From NCBI RefSeq assembly GCF_004010195.1, contig NC_057719.1, forward strand, positions 79,745,579-79,803,534: a DNA stretch of 57,956 nucleotides. The letters are read 5' to 3'. Position numbers and translations under genes: made by a program. Shown here piece after piece: positions 11,416 through 23,000 of this stretch (positions are counted from its first letter, which is position 1; every line of letters starts with the position of its first letter). Below the pieces are notes generated by a model. The model ran no database searches. It saw nothing but the letters and a program-made list of their open reading frames with translations, and had not been told where the DNA came from. The stretch is from Chiloscyllium plagiosum. Lineage: Eukaryota.

Positions 11416-12339
11416 TCTATGAAAAGAGGCTACAATGTCGTCCGTAGTGGAACAGTCATCATGCGCATGGCATTGCTGTGTGCCCCCAGCCAGCCAGCAA
11501 TCATTCGGGTTGGGAAGGGGGATATAGGGAGGGGCAAGAACATTGTCAGAAGGAAAAAAGTACGATGAGTCCTCTCTGCAGAAAGGTCTGTAGCCTGCCG
11601 TAAAGGGAGATCCTTGAAACAAAGAGTTTCAGATTTCCAATTCTGTAGATGAGACAGAGGAGGTTACCTGCTCCCCCCCACCCCCCCACCCTGGTTTCAC
11701 TAGAAAAATCTCTCCAAGCGTAACGCGAACAGCTCAAGATAGCAGAGAGAAATAGTCTGAAACTTGGCATCACACGAGGTTGATTAAAGTTAGAATCCCT
11801 CAGAGAGGAGGGGCCCCTTTAAATATCCTGGTAGTAATCTGCACAATTCCCTTTCTAACATCAGCTCTTTCTCTCCTTTCAATCCCCTCTGCTCCCGAAA
11901 CACAGACGAAACACTTTGCACCACCCAAGAAAAAAAAAGTGCCTGACTCAGCTCTTTGCTCAGCGTCAGATAAAAATAGTCGACCTGCAACTCTTTGTCT
12001 GCCTCCCAGTTTGTGATTAAATCAGTCAGTTGGGCCAAACAAAGCGAGCAGACGACAGTGAACAGAAATCAGCCTTGTGCACACATTGATCGGAGTCCAG
12101 ATAAGAACTACTGTCCCTCAGAAACGTCTGGCACTGAATAGTGTTTACTGAAAGGATAGGAGGGCATCCAAGTCTCTTCGATTTGGATTGGGTTTTACAA
12201 ACTAAGCACAACCACCTCCGTCAGGCCCCACTCACACTGCGCTGTGGCTTCATCTCAACTTTCATTTGTATAGCACCTTTAACATAGTGGTGGTTTACAG
12301 GAGCCTTAAGAAAAGTTTACATCAATCCATGGACTTTTC

Positions 12340-12930
12340 TGTTACTCATTCACTTGTGGGATAAGGGGCCGCTGACTGGGCCCGTCCTTAGTTAATCTTA
12401 AGTGGGCTACCCTCTTATAGCTGAGCTTCGTGTTTATTCTCTTATGGGATATAGGATCACTGACATAGCAGCGTTTTATAATTGCTCTCAGGAAGGTACT
12501 TGTGAGTCATTTTCTTGAACTGCTGTAGGTACGCCCACAGGGCAGCTGGAGATGGAGATCCAGGAATATGACTCAGCAACACTGAAGGCATGGTATTGCA
12601 GTTCCAGATATGGTTCAGAGGGGAATTTGCAGCTGATAGTGTTCCTGAAGGTTTGGAGTTCCTGCCCATTTAGGTGGTAAATGTCATGGGTTTAGAAGGT
12701 TCTCCTGAAGGAACCTAAATGCTTTGCATCACGTGGAAGGTGATAATGGAGAACTGAATGTCTAAGTTGGTGGATATGGTGCCAATTAAGCAGACTGCTT
12801 TGTCCTGGACAGTGTTGAGTATCAAGTGTATTGTTGGTGCTATATTCAGACTGGAAAGTGGTCAGTATTCCACCACATCACTGACTCATGTCCTGTGGTC
12901 AAGCTTTCGAGAATCCAGAGATAAAGTCAG
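12340..12930 (-). mobile_element. Highly degenerate CR1/L2-group LINE 3' fragment
   Basis: Diverged similarity to recalled shark LINE 3' sequence (ttcttgaactgctg, taggtggta..gggtttagaagg, ctgctttgtcctgga). Confidence 0.5.
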
Positions 12931-12934
12931 GTGC

Positions 12935-13088
12935 TCCAGATAACCCGCACATCTTTAGAACTCGGGAGGAAGCGAGAGGAACTATGCACAGACACATGGA
13001 GAATGTGCAACCCCCACACAGACCATTGCCTGAGGATGGAATTGAACCTGGTATTGTGAGGCAGTAGTGCTAGCCATTGTGCCACCCC
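12935..13088 (-). mobile_element. HE1 V-SINE 5' half
   Basis: Reverse complement of gggtggcacaatggctagcactactgcctcaca...ggttcaattcc and V-domain. Confidence 0.8.
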
Positions 13089-13319
13089 ACTAGAGGCAGT
13101 GTTTGCCTTGCACTTATACAGCACCAATGTTACTTGTCACTTCTCAGTCTCTACAAGCCTAGGGGACTCACAAATTAACTTCCTCAATGAGCATGAGTTC
13201 CCTCAGTATTAGGTGATGGCCTGCCCAGCTAGATCTCCTGAGCCCTTTATACAACACACTCAGGGATGGGTCTGGAGAACTGTCTCTCCCAGGCTGGGGC
13301 TAATCTAGCTACATGAGTA

Positions 13320-13404
13320 GTTAAAAATCACACAACACCAGGTTATGGTCCAACAGGTTTATTTGGAAGCACTAGCTTTCGGACCGTCGCTCCTTCATCA
13401 GGTA
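13320..13404 (-). mobile_element. PLE 3' terminal fragment with intact hammerhead core
   Basis: Minus strand tac-CTGATGA-aggagcgacggtcc-GAAA-gcta-gtg then ccaaataaacctgttggaccataacctggtgttgtg; same family as the arms at 11201-11379. Confidence 0.75.
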
Positions 13405-14129
13405 GTGTTTCTGTTTTGGTGTTTCCCTAAAAACAACGTACCTTTCCAGGTGTTATACGACCCAAGTCTGAATGTTGTCCAGATTTTGCAGATCTCAGAT
13501 CTTTCACACCGCTACATTATCCGAGGGGTCACAAATGGTCCAGTGCAATCATCAGTTATCATTCCCCCTTATCATGCTGACTGTCTCTTACCTAACTGTA
13601 AAGTCACAAATTCCAAAATCAACTGTTAAACTATCAACATTCCAATATTTACTCTTCAGGAACCATGCAGAGACTGGTCTGTACATCTTTTAATTTTTAT
13701 CTTTTTTTGGACGCACTTTTTGCTTGTAATCTTTGTGTGTGTGTGTATTGTGTTATTAATATTTCTTGTGTTAAGTAACTAATAAACTCACCCCTTTGTG
13801 AACTCGTGAAAGCCTGGTTAAATTGACTCATTGCAAACAGAAATATGTTCGGCCTGAGAGAAATCCACCGCAGAGGAGGGATTTTTTAAAAAACATTAAC
13901 CCTGTTGTGGCTAGGTGGGTGAATAAAGAAAGTCTACTCCTCCTCACCCAGGAGACTGATGGTTTAAGGTTATGATTTGGAACTGGAATATCTTGGAGAA
14001 CCTCACACAGGGTCTGCTCCTAACTTACTAGATGGCACTGTCAATGAGATGCGTGTAAATGACATCAATTTGTATAGGTTGATAGGTCAGTTATTGGTAA
14101 AATTGGATTAGTCCTACTTTTTGTGGCAG

Positions 14130-14415
14130 GACATAGGTTTAAGGTGAGAGGGGAAAGATTTAAATCGGACCCGATGGGCAACTTTTCACATGGAGGATGG
14201 TGCGTGTATGGAATGAGCTACCAGAGGAAGTGATGGAGGCTGGTATAATTACAGCACTTAAAAGGCATCTGGATGGGTATCTCAATAGGAATGGTTTAGA
14301 GGGATATTGGCCAAATGCTGGCAATTGGGACTAGAGTAATTTAAAATATTTGGTGGGCATGGACGGGTTGGAGTGAAGGGTCTGTTTCCGTGCTGTAAAT
14401 CTCTAAGACTGTATA
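14130..14415 (+). mobile_element. CR1 3' fragment
   Basis: ggtttaaggtgagaggggaaagattt..tggaatgagct..gaagggtctgtttcc. Confidence 0.88.
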
Positions 14416-14439
14416 ACCTGAACTATTTGCAGCAGGGGG

Positions 14440-17400
14440 AATGGTGAGAGCATGGTCTGCCGGAAAGGTAAATTTACCTCTTAAAGACGTACCTTGTGAA
14501 CAGGTGGAGCGAAGGCTCAACGGGAGTGGACGCAGACACAAGGATTGCTGGACATGTGTACTGTTATATTTGGGTTGTGGCTAAATCCGAGACACTACAC
14601 GTGCAGTGTCTCCCACCCGTCCTCCTCCTCTAACCAAACCAAAAAGACAGACAAGGCTTTTTTTTTCATTTATCCAATCTCTCTTGGCTGTTCCCCTCAA
14701 TAATAAGTATATCGCTTGGGAAACTGTTTGGGGAGGTGGTGGTGGGGTTAGTGGTGGGGCTGGTGACCTACTGGGAAAAGCTATAGCAGCCAGGTCTCTG
14801 GCACTGAGCCTGGCTCTGTAGCTCAGAAGGTAAAGGGGGAGAATAGGAGGGCGATAGTGTTAGGAGATTCAATCGTGAGAGGAACAGACAGGAGATTCTG
14901 TGGTAGCAACTGAGACTCCAGGATGGTATGTTGCTTCCCGGCTGCCAGGGTCAGGGATGTTTCGGATCAAGTCTACAGTTTCTTAAGAGGGAGGGAGAGC
15001 AGCCAGAAGTCATGGTACACATCGGTATCAATGACTTAAGTAGGGAAGTGATGAGGACCTGGAAAGAGAATGTAGGAAGTTCGGTTGGAAGCTAAAAGGC
15101 AGGACAAGCAGAGCAATAATCTCAGGATTGCTACCAGTGTCACAGGCTTGCAGGGCTAGGGTTAGAGAGTGAGTACAGTTGAACACGTAGCTGCAGAGCT
15201 GGTGTAGGAGGGAGGGCTTCAGATATGTGATTCATTGGGATACCTTCTGGAACGAGGGAGCTGTACAAGGAGGAGGGGTTGCACCTGAACTGGAGGGGCA
15301 CCAATATCCTGGGCAGAAGGTTTGCTAGAGCTCTTCAGGAGGGTTTAAACTAGATTGGAAGGGGGATGGGAACCAGAGCTATGGATCAGATGATGGAGTA
15401 GGAAATGAACAGCCAAATACAGCGTGCAGAGAGTCTGTGAGGAGGGATAGGCACTTGATAGGGCAAAGGTGTAGTCCGTGCGATGGGTTGAAGTGTGTCT
15501 ATTTTAATGCAAAATGTATCAGGAATAAGGGCGACTAATTGAGAGTATGGAGCAGTACTTGGAACTATGATGTTGTGGTCATTACGGAGACTTGGATATC
15601 ACAGGGGCAGGAAGGATTGTTGGATGTTCCAGGGTTTAGATGTTTCAAAAGGAATGGGGAGGGGGAGGGTAAATGAGGTGGAGGAATGGGCGGCACGGTG
15701 GCACAGTGGATAGCACTGCTGCCACACAGCGCCAGAGACCCGGGTTCAATTCCCGCCTCAGGCAACTGACTGTGTGGAGTTTGCACATTCTCCCTGTGTC
15801 TGCGTGGGTTTCCTCCAGGTGCTCCGGTTTCCTCCCACAGTCCAAAGATGTGCAGGTTAGGGTGGATTGGCCGTGCTAAATTGCCCGTAGTGTTAGGTAA
15901 GGGGAATATGTAGGGGCCTGGGTGGGTTGCGCTTTGGCGGGTCGGTGTGGACTTGTTGGGCCGAAGGGCCTGTTTCCACACTGTAATGTAATCTAATCTA
16001 AAAATGGCATTGCTAATCAGGGAGAGTATCACAGCCGCAGAAGGGGAGTTGGTTAAGGAGAGTTTGTCTACAGAGTAAATACGGGTGGAAGTCAGAAACA
16101 GGAAAGGAGCAGTCACTTTATTGGGGGTTTTCTGCAGACCTCCCCCCAATAGCAACAGAGACACACAGGAGCAGATTGGGAAGCAGATTTTGGAAAGGTG
16201 CAGAAGTAACAGGGTTAGTGTCATACGCGATTTTAACTTCCCTAATATTGATTGGAACTTCCTTAGTTCAAACAGTTTGGATGGAGCAGTTTTTGTCAGG
16301 TGTGACCAGGAAGGGTTCCTGACTGGATATGTAGACAGGCCGACCAGAGGGGAGGCCATATTGGATTTGGTACTTGGCAATGACCCAGGCCAGGTGTCAG
16401 ATCTCTCAATGGGAGAGCATTTCGGTGATAATGATCACAACTCTCTGACCTTTACTATATGCCTGGAGAGGGATAACAGCAGATAGTATGGGAAGGTATT
16501 TAATTGTGAGTTTGGGTGGGGGGGGGGGGGCTGGAATTACAATTCTATTAGGCAGGAACTGGGGAGCCTAAATTGGGAACAGATGTTCTCAGGGAAATAC
16601 ATGACAGAAGTGTGGAGGTTGTTTAGGAAGCACTTGCTGATAGTTCTGGACAGGTTTGTCCCACTGAGGCAAGGAAGGGATGGGAGAGTGAAGGAACCTT
16701 GGGTGACAAGGGATGGGGAACATCCAGTCAGGAGGAAGAAGCAAGTTTACTTCAGGTTGAGGAGGCAAGGATCAGGCAGAGCTCTCGAGGGTTACAAGGT
16801 AGCCAGGAAGGAACTTAAGAATGAACTTAGGAGAGTTAGAAGGGGGCATGATAAAGCTTTAGCAGGTAGGATTAAGGAAAGCCCCAAGGTGTTCTACACT
16901 TATGTGAGAAATGAGAGGATGGCCACAGTGAGGGTAGGGCCGATCAGGAATAGTGGAGGGAACGTGCGCCTGGACTCGGAGGAAGGAAGGGAGGTCCTTA
17001 ATGAATACTTTGCTTCAATATTCACTACTGAGAGGGACTTTGACATTTCTGAGGACAGCATGAAACAGACCGATATGCTCAAACAAGTTGATGTTAGGAA
17101 GGAAGATGTGCTGAAAATTTTGAAAATCATAAGGATTGATAAATCCCCTTCTCCAGTTAGGATATACCCTAGGTTACTACAGGAAGCTAGGGAAGAGATT
17201 GCATGTGCCTTTGGTGGTGATCTTTGCATCCTCACTGTCCACTGGAGTAGTGCCAGATGGTTGGAGAGTGGCAAACGTTATTGTCTTGTTCAAGAAAGGG
17301 AATTAGGACAATCCTGGGGATTACAGACCAGTCAGTCTTAGGTCAGTTGTGGGCAAAGTATTGGAGAGGATTCTGAGAGACATGATTTATGATTACTTGG

Positions 17401-18677
17401 AAAACCATAGTTTGATTTGAGACAGTTAGCATGACTTTGTGAGGGGCAGGTCATGCCTCACAAGCCTTACTGAATTATTTGAGGATGTGACAAAACACGT
17501 TGAAGAAGGTAGAGCAGTGGATGTGGTGTACATGGATTTTAGCAAGGTGTTTGATAAGGTTCCCCATGGTAGGCTCATTCAGAAAGTAAGGAGGCATGGG
17601 ATACAGGGTAATCTGTCTGTCTGGATACAGAATTGGCTGGCCCATAGAAAACAGAGGGTGGTGATACATGGAAAGTATTCAGCCTGGAGCTCGGTGACCA
17701 GTGGTGTTTGTAATTTTTATACATGACTCGGATGAGGAAGTGCAGGGTGGGTTAGTAAGTTTTCTGATGACACAAAGGTTGGTCGAGTAGTAGATAATGT
17801 GGAGTGCTGCTGTAGGTTGCAATGGGACATTGACAGGATGCAGAGTTGGGTTGATCAGTGGCAGATGAAGTTCAACCTGGAAAAGTGTGAAGTGATTCAC
17901 TTTGGAAGGTCAAATTTAACTGCAGAATACAGTGTTAAAGGCAGGATTCTTGGCAGTGTGAAGGAACAGAGGGATCTTGGGGTCCGTGTCCAAAGATCCC
18001 CCAAAACTGTCGCCGAAGTTGATAGGGCTGTCAAGAAGGCATATAGTGTGTTGGCTTTCATTAGCAGGGGGATTGAGTTTAAGAGCCGTGAGGTTATGCT
18101 GCAGCTCTATAGAGCCCTGGTTAGAGCACACTTGGAATATTGTATTTAGTTCTGGTCACCTCATTATAGGAAAGAATTGGAAGCTTTAGAGAGGATGCAG
18201 AGGAGATTTACCAGGATGCTGCCTGGACTGGAGGGTATGTCTGATGAAGAAAGGTTGAAGGAGCTAGGGCTTTTCTCATGGGAGCAAAGAAGGGTGAGAG
18301 GTGACTTGATAGAGGTGAACAAGATGATGAGAGGCTTAGATGGATTGGATATCCACCTTTGGGAAACTTTCTCCCAGGACGGAAATGGCTATCACGTTGG
18401 GGGTGGAGGGGGGACATAATTTTAAGGTGATTGGAGGAAGGTTTAGGGGAGATGTCAGAGGTTGGTTCTTTACACAGAGAGTAGTGGGTGTGACGAAGGC
18501 ACTGCCAGCAGTGGTAGTAGTCAGATACATTAGGGACATTTAAGCGACTCTTGGATTGGCACATGCAAGATAGTACAATGAAGGGTATGTGGGTTAGTTT
18601 AATCTTAGAGTAGAATAAAAAGGTCAGCACAATGTTGAGGGCCGAAGACCCTGTACTGTAATGTTCTATGTTTATTA
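14440..18677 (+). mobile_element. Near full-length inactive CR1 LINE (5' UTR, ORF1 SGNH esterase, ORF2 APE endonuclease plus RT, 3' tail)
   Basis: ORF1 AIVLGDSIVRGTDRRFCG...VHIG.ND...GLHLN (~14850-15350); ORF2 KCVYFNA, ITETW, DFNFPNIDW, AILDLVL, DHN, YMDFSKVFDKVPH, FSDDTK; many stops and frameshifts; tail ctgtaatgttctatgt. Confidence 0.95.
15688..16000 (+). mobile_element. HE1 V-SINE inserted in the CR1 endonuclease region
   Basis: Complete head, V-domain and (aatct)n tail. Confidence 0.95.
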
Positions 18678-18916
18678 TTCATAATATTTCTAAATGCTAC
18701 TAATGTAGTCCTCATGTACGTTTGGCTATTAGCAGGAACATAAATCTTCATCACTACAGTCAGAATATTATGAAGACCCATAGCCTTTGTAGTGTCCAAT
18801 GCCTTTTGCCATTTCTTGATATCAGATGAAGTCAGGCAATTCTGATGCTAGGGACCTCTGGAGGAGGCTGAGAGGAATCATCCACTTGACACTTCAGGCT
18901 GAAGATGGTTCTAAAT

Positions 18917-19530
18917 GAGTCATAGAATCAGACATCATGGAAACAGACCCTTCGGTCCAAATAGTCCACATTGACCCTGTTCCCAAACTAAACTAGTCCC
19001 AATTGTCTGCTTTGGCTCAGATCCCTTCAAATCTTTTCTATTCATTTACCGATCCAAATATCTTTTAGATGTTGTAACTGTACATGCATTCCACCACTTT
19101 CTCCGATAGTTCATTCCACCATCTGTGTGCAAAAGTTGCCCCTCGTGTCCTTTTTTAAACATTTCTCCTCTCACCTTAAAAATATGCCCCCTAATTTTGA
19201 ACTCCCCACCCTAGGGAAAAGACCTTGGCTATTCAGCTTATCTATACTCTTCATTATATTACAAACCTCTGTCAGATCATCCCTCAACCTCCTACACTCC
19301 AGTGAAAGAAGTCCCAGCTTATCCAGCCTCTCCTTATGACTCAAACCCTCCAGTCCCAGTAGCATTGGTAAATCTTTTCTGAACCCTTTCCAATTTTCTA
19401 ATATTTTTCCTATAACAGGGTGACCAGAATTGTACACAGTATTCCATAAGAGACCTCACTAATGTCCTGTACTACCTCAATGTGACCTCCTAGCTCCTCC
19501 AGTCGAAGGTCTGAGCTTGAAGGCAAGTGT
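18917..19530 (-). mobile_element. CR1 3' fragment
   Basis: ORF 19171-19437 (KERLDKLGLLSLECRRLRDDL); rc tail gagtcatag. Confidence 0.9.
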
Positions 19531-19539
19531 GCTATACAC

Positions 19540-19930
19540 CATCTTAAATGCTTCAGCCTTGTCATGCACACTGATACCTTGTGTTTCAACATCATTGAGA
19601 ATGGGGATGTTTGTAGAGCTTTCTCCTGCAGAGAGTAGTTTGATGAACCACTACCAGTCAATGACTGAAATAAAATAAAGAACTGCACGTGCTGTAATTC
19701 TGAAACAAAAACAGAAAGTGCTGGACAAATTCAGCAAGTCTGGCAACATGTGTGGAGAGTGAAATGGAGTTAAAGTTTTGGGTCCAGTGACCTTTCTGCA
19801 GATGTGTTGGTTGCGAAATCAATGAGCCTTATCTATCACTTGCGGCTTATATTGTTCGATATTCAAGTAGCCCTGTGCTGTAGCTTCACCAAGGTTGACA
19901 CTTCATTTCTTAGTAGGCTGAGGTTGGTCT
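19540..19930 (-). mobile_element. Old CR1/L2-group LINE ORF2 fragment, left piece (continues at 32572-32790); contains a PLE tail fragment at ~19668-19803
   Basis: Minus-strand translation gives STNIPILND..DKAEAF and MKCQ.GEAT.Q.YL..QVID, the expected continuation of TITIKPGDQ..CRRA.QEQ at 32572-32650. Confidence 0.65.
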
Positions 19931-20030
19931 CATGAGTGTTGTGCTGGAGAAGCACAGTAGGTCAGGCAGCATCCAAAGAGCACGAGAATCAATGTTTCGG
20001 TCTGGAGTCCTTCATCAGGAAGCCCTTCAT
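19931..20030 (-). mobile_element. PLE 3' terminal fragment (inverted arm) with hammerhead core
   Basis: Minus strand ttcCTGATGAaggactccagaccGAAAcattgattc...ggatgctgcctgacctactgtgcttctccagcac; homologous to 771-860. Confidence 0.8.
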
Positions 20031-20031
20031 T

Positions 20032-23000
20032 CTGGACATCCAGTCCCTCTACACCTCTGTACAGGACATCCAGTCGCTCTACACCTCTATCCAGGACATC
20101 CAGTCCCTCTACACCTCTATACAGGACATTCATTCCCTCTACACCTCTATCCAGGACATCCAGTCCCTCTACACCTCAATCCATGGACATCCAGTCCCTC
20201 TACACCTCTATCCAGGACAGCCAGTCCCTCTACACCTCAATCCATGGACATCCAGTCCCTCTACACCTCAATCCATGGACATCCAGTCCCTCTACACCTC
20301 TATACAGGACATTCAGTCCCTCTACACCTCTATCCAGGACAGCCAGTCCCTCTACACCTCAATCCATGGACATCCAGTCCCTCTACACCTCAATCCATGG
20401 ACATCCAGTCCCTCTACACCTCTATACAGGACATTCAGTCGGTCTACACCTCTATCCAGGACATCCAGTCCCTCTACACCTCAATCCATGGACATCCAGT
20501 CCCTCTACACCTCTATCCATGGACATCCAGTCCCTCTACACCTCTATTCAGGACTTCCAGTCCCTCTACATCTCTATCCAGGTCATCCAGTACCTCTACA
20601 CCTCTATCCAAAACGTCCAGTCCCTCTACCCCTCTATCCAGGATATCAAGTCCCACAGCACCTCTATCCATGGATGTCCAGTCCCTCTACACTTCCATTC
20701 TGGACATCCAGTCCAACTACACCTCTATCCAGGACATCCAGTCCTTCTATATCTCTATCCAGTATATCAGGCCCCACAGCACATCTATCCATGGACGTCC
20801 AGTCCCTCTATACTTCCATCCTGGACATCCAGTCCCTCCACACCTCTATCCTGAACATCCAGTCACTCTACACCTCCATCCTGGACATCCAGTCCGTCTA
20901 CACCTCCATCCCGGACATCAGTCCCTCTACACCTCTATGCATGGACATCCAGTCCCACTACAACTCTATTCAGGACATCCAGCCCCCCTACACCTCTATC
21001 CATGGACATCCAGTCCTTCCACACCTCCATCTTGGACATCCAGTCCATCTACACCTCCATCCCGGACATCACTCTGTCTACACCTCTATGCATGAACATC
21101 CAGTCCCTCTACAACTCTATACAGGACATCCAGCCCTTCTACACCTCCATCCTGGACATCGGTCCCTCTACACCTCTATACATGGACATCCATTCCCTCT
21201 ACACCTCTATCCAGGACATCCAGTCCCTCTACACCTCTATCCATGGACATCCTGTCGCTCTACACCTCTATACAGGACATCCAGTCCCTCTACACTTCCA
21301 TCCAAAACATCTAGTCCCTCTACCCCTCTATCCAGGATATCAAGTCCCACAGCACCTCATTCCATGGACGTCCAGTCCCTCTACACCTCCATTCTGGACA
21401 TCCAGTCACTCTACACCTCTATCCATGGACATCCAGACTCTCTATACCTCTATCCAGGACATCCAGTCCTTCTGTATCTCTATCCAGTATATCAGGCCCC
21501 ACAGCACACCTATCCATGGACGTCCAGTCCCTCTATACCTCCATCCTGGACATCCAGTCCCTCCACACCTCTATCCTGAACATCCAGTCCCTCTACACCT
21601 CCATCCATGGCCTCTATCCAGGACATCCAGTCCCTCTACGCCTTTTTCCAGGACCTCCCGTCTCTATACCCCTCTATCCATGGACATCCAGTCCGTCTAC
21701 ACCTTTTTCCAGGACATCCAGTCGCTATACCCCTCTATCCAGGACATCCAGTCCCTCTACACTTCTATCCATGGACATCCAATCCGTCTACACCTCCATC
21801 CTGGACATCGGTCCCTCTAAACCTCTATCCATGGACATCCAGTCCCTCTACGCCTTTTTCCAGGACCTCCCGTCTCTATACCCCTCTATCCATGGACATC
21901 CAGTCCGTCTACACCTCTATCCATGGACATCCATTCCCTCTACACCTCCATCCAGGACACCCAGTCCATCGACACCTCTATCCATGGACATCCAATCCCT
22001 CTATACTTCTATCCAAGACATCCAGTCCCTCTACACCTCTATCCAAAACATCCAGTCCTTTTACATCTCTGTCCTGGACATCCTATCTCTCTACACCTCT
22101 ATCCATGGACATCCAGTCCCCCTACACCTCTATCCAGGGTATACTGTCCCAATACACCGCTATACAGGACATCCAGTCCCTCTACACCTCTATCCAAAAC
22201 ATCCAGTCCTTTTACATCTCTGTCCTGGACATCCTATCTCTCTACACCTCTATCCATGGACATCCAGTCCCACTACACCTCTATACAGGACATCCAGTCC
22301 TTTTACACCTCCATCCCGGACATCAGTCCCTCCACACCTCTATGCATGGACATCCAGTCCCTCTAAACCTCTATACAGGACATCCAGCCCTTCTACACCT
22401 CCATCCTTGACATCGGTCCCTCTAAACCTCTATCCTGGACAGCCATTCCCTCTACACATCTATCCAGGACATCCAGTACCTCTACACCTCTATCCATGGA
22501 CATCCAGTCCGTCTACACCTTTTTCCAGGACATCCAGTCGCTATACCCCTCTATCCAGGACATCCAGTCCCTCTACATCTCTATCCAGGTCATCCTACCT
22601 CTACACTTATATCCATGGACATCCAGTCCATCTACACCTGTATCCAGGACATCCATTCCCTCTACACCTCTATCCTGGACATCCAGTCCCTCTGCATCTC
22701 CATCCAGGACATCCAGTCCCTCTGCACCTCCATCCTGGACATCCAGCCCTTCTACACCTCCATCCTTGACATCGGTCCCTCTACACCTCTATCCATGGAC
22801 ATCCAGTCCCTCTACAGCTTTTTCCAGGACTTCCAGTCCCTATACCCATCTATCCATGGACATCCAGTCCCTCTACACCTCTATCCAGGACTTCCAGTCC
22901 CTCCAAATCTCTATCCAGGTCATCCAGTACCTCTACACCTCTGTCCATGGACATCCAGTCCCTCTACACCTCCATCCAAAACATCCAGTCCCTCTACCCC

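Noticed and set aside
13450..13960. Possible decayed solo LTR
   Set aside because: No clear TG...CA termini or TSD could be identified; resemblance only.
14850..15350. Host GDSL/SGNH lipase gene
   Set aside because: It is the esterase domain of CR1 ORF1, directly upstream of ORF2, and is disrupted by stops.
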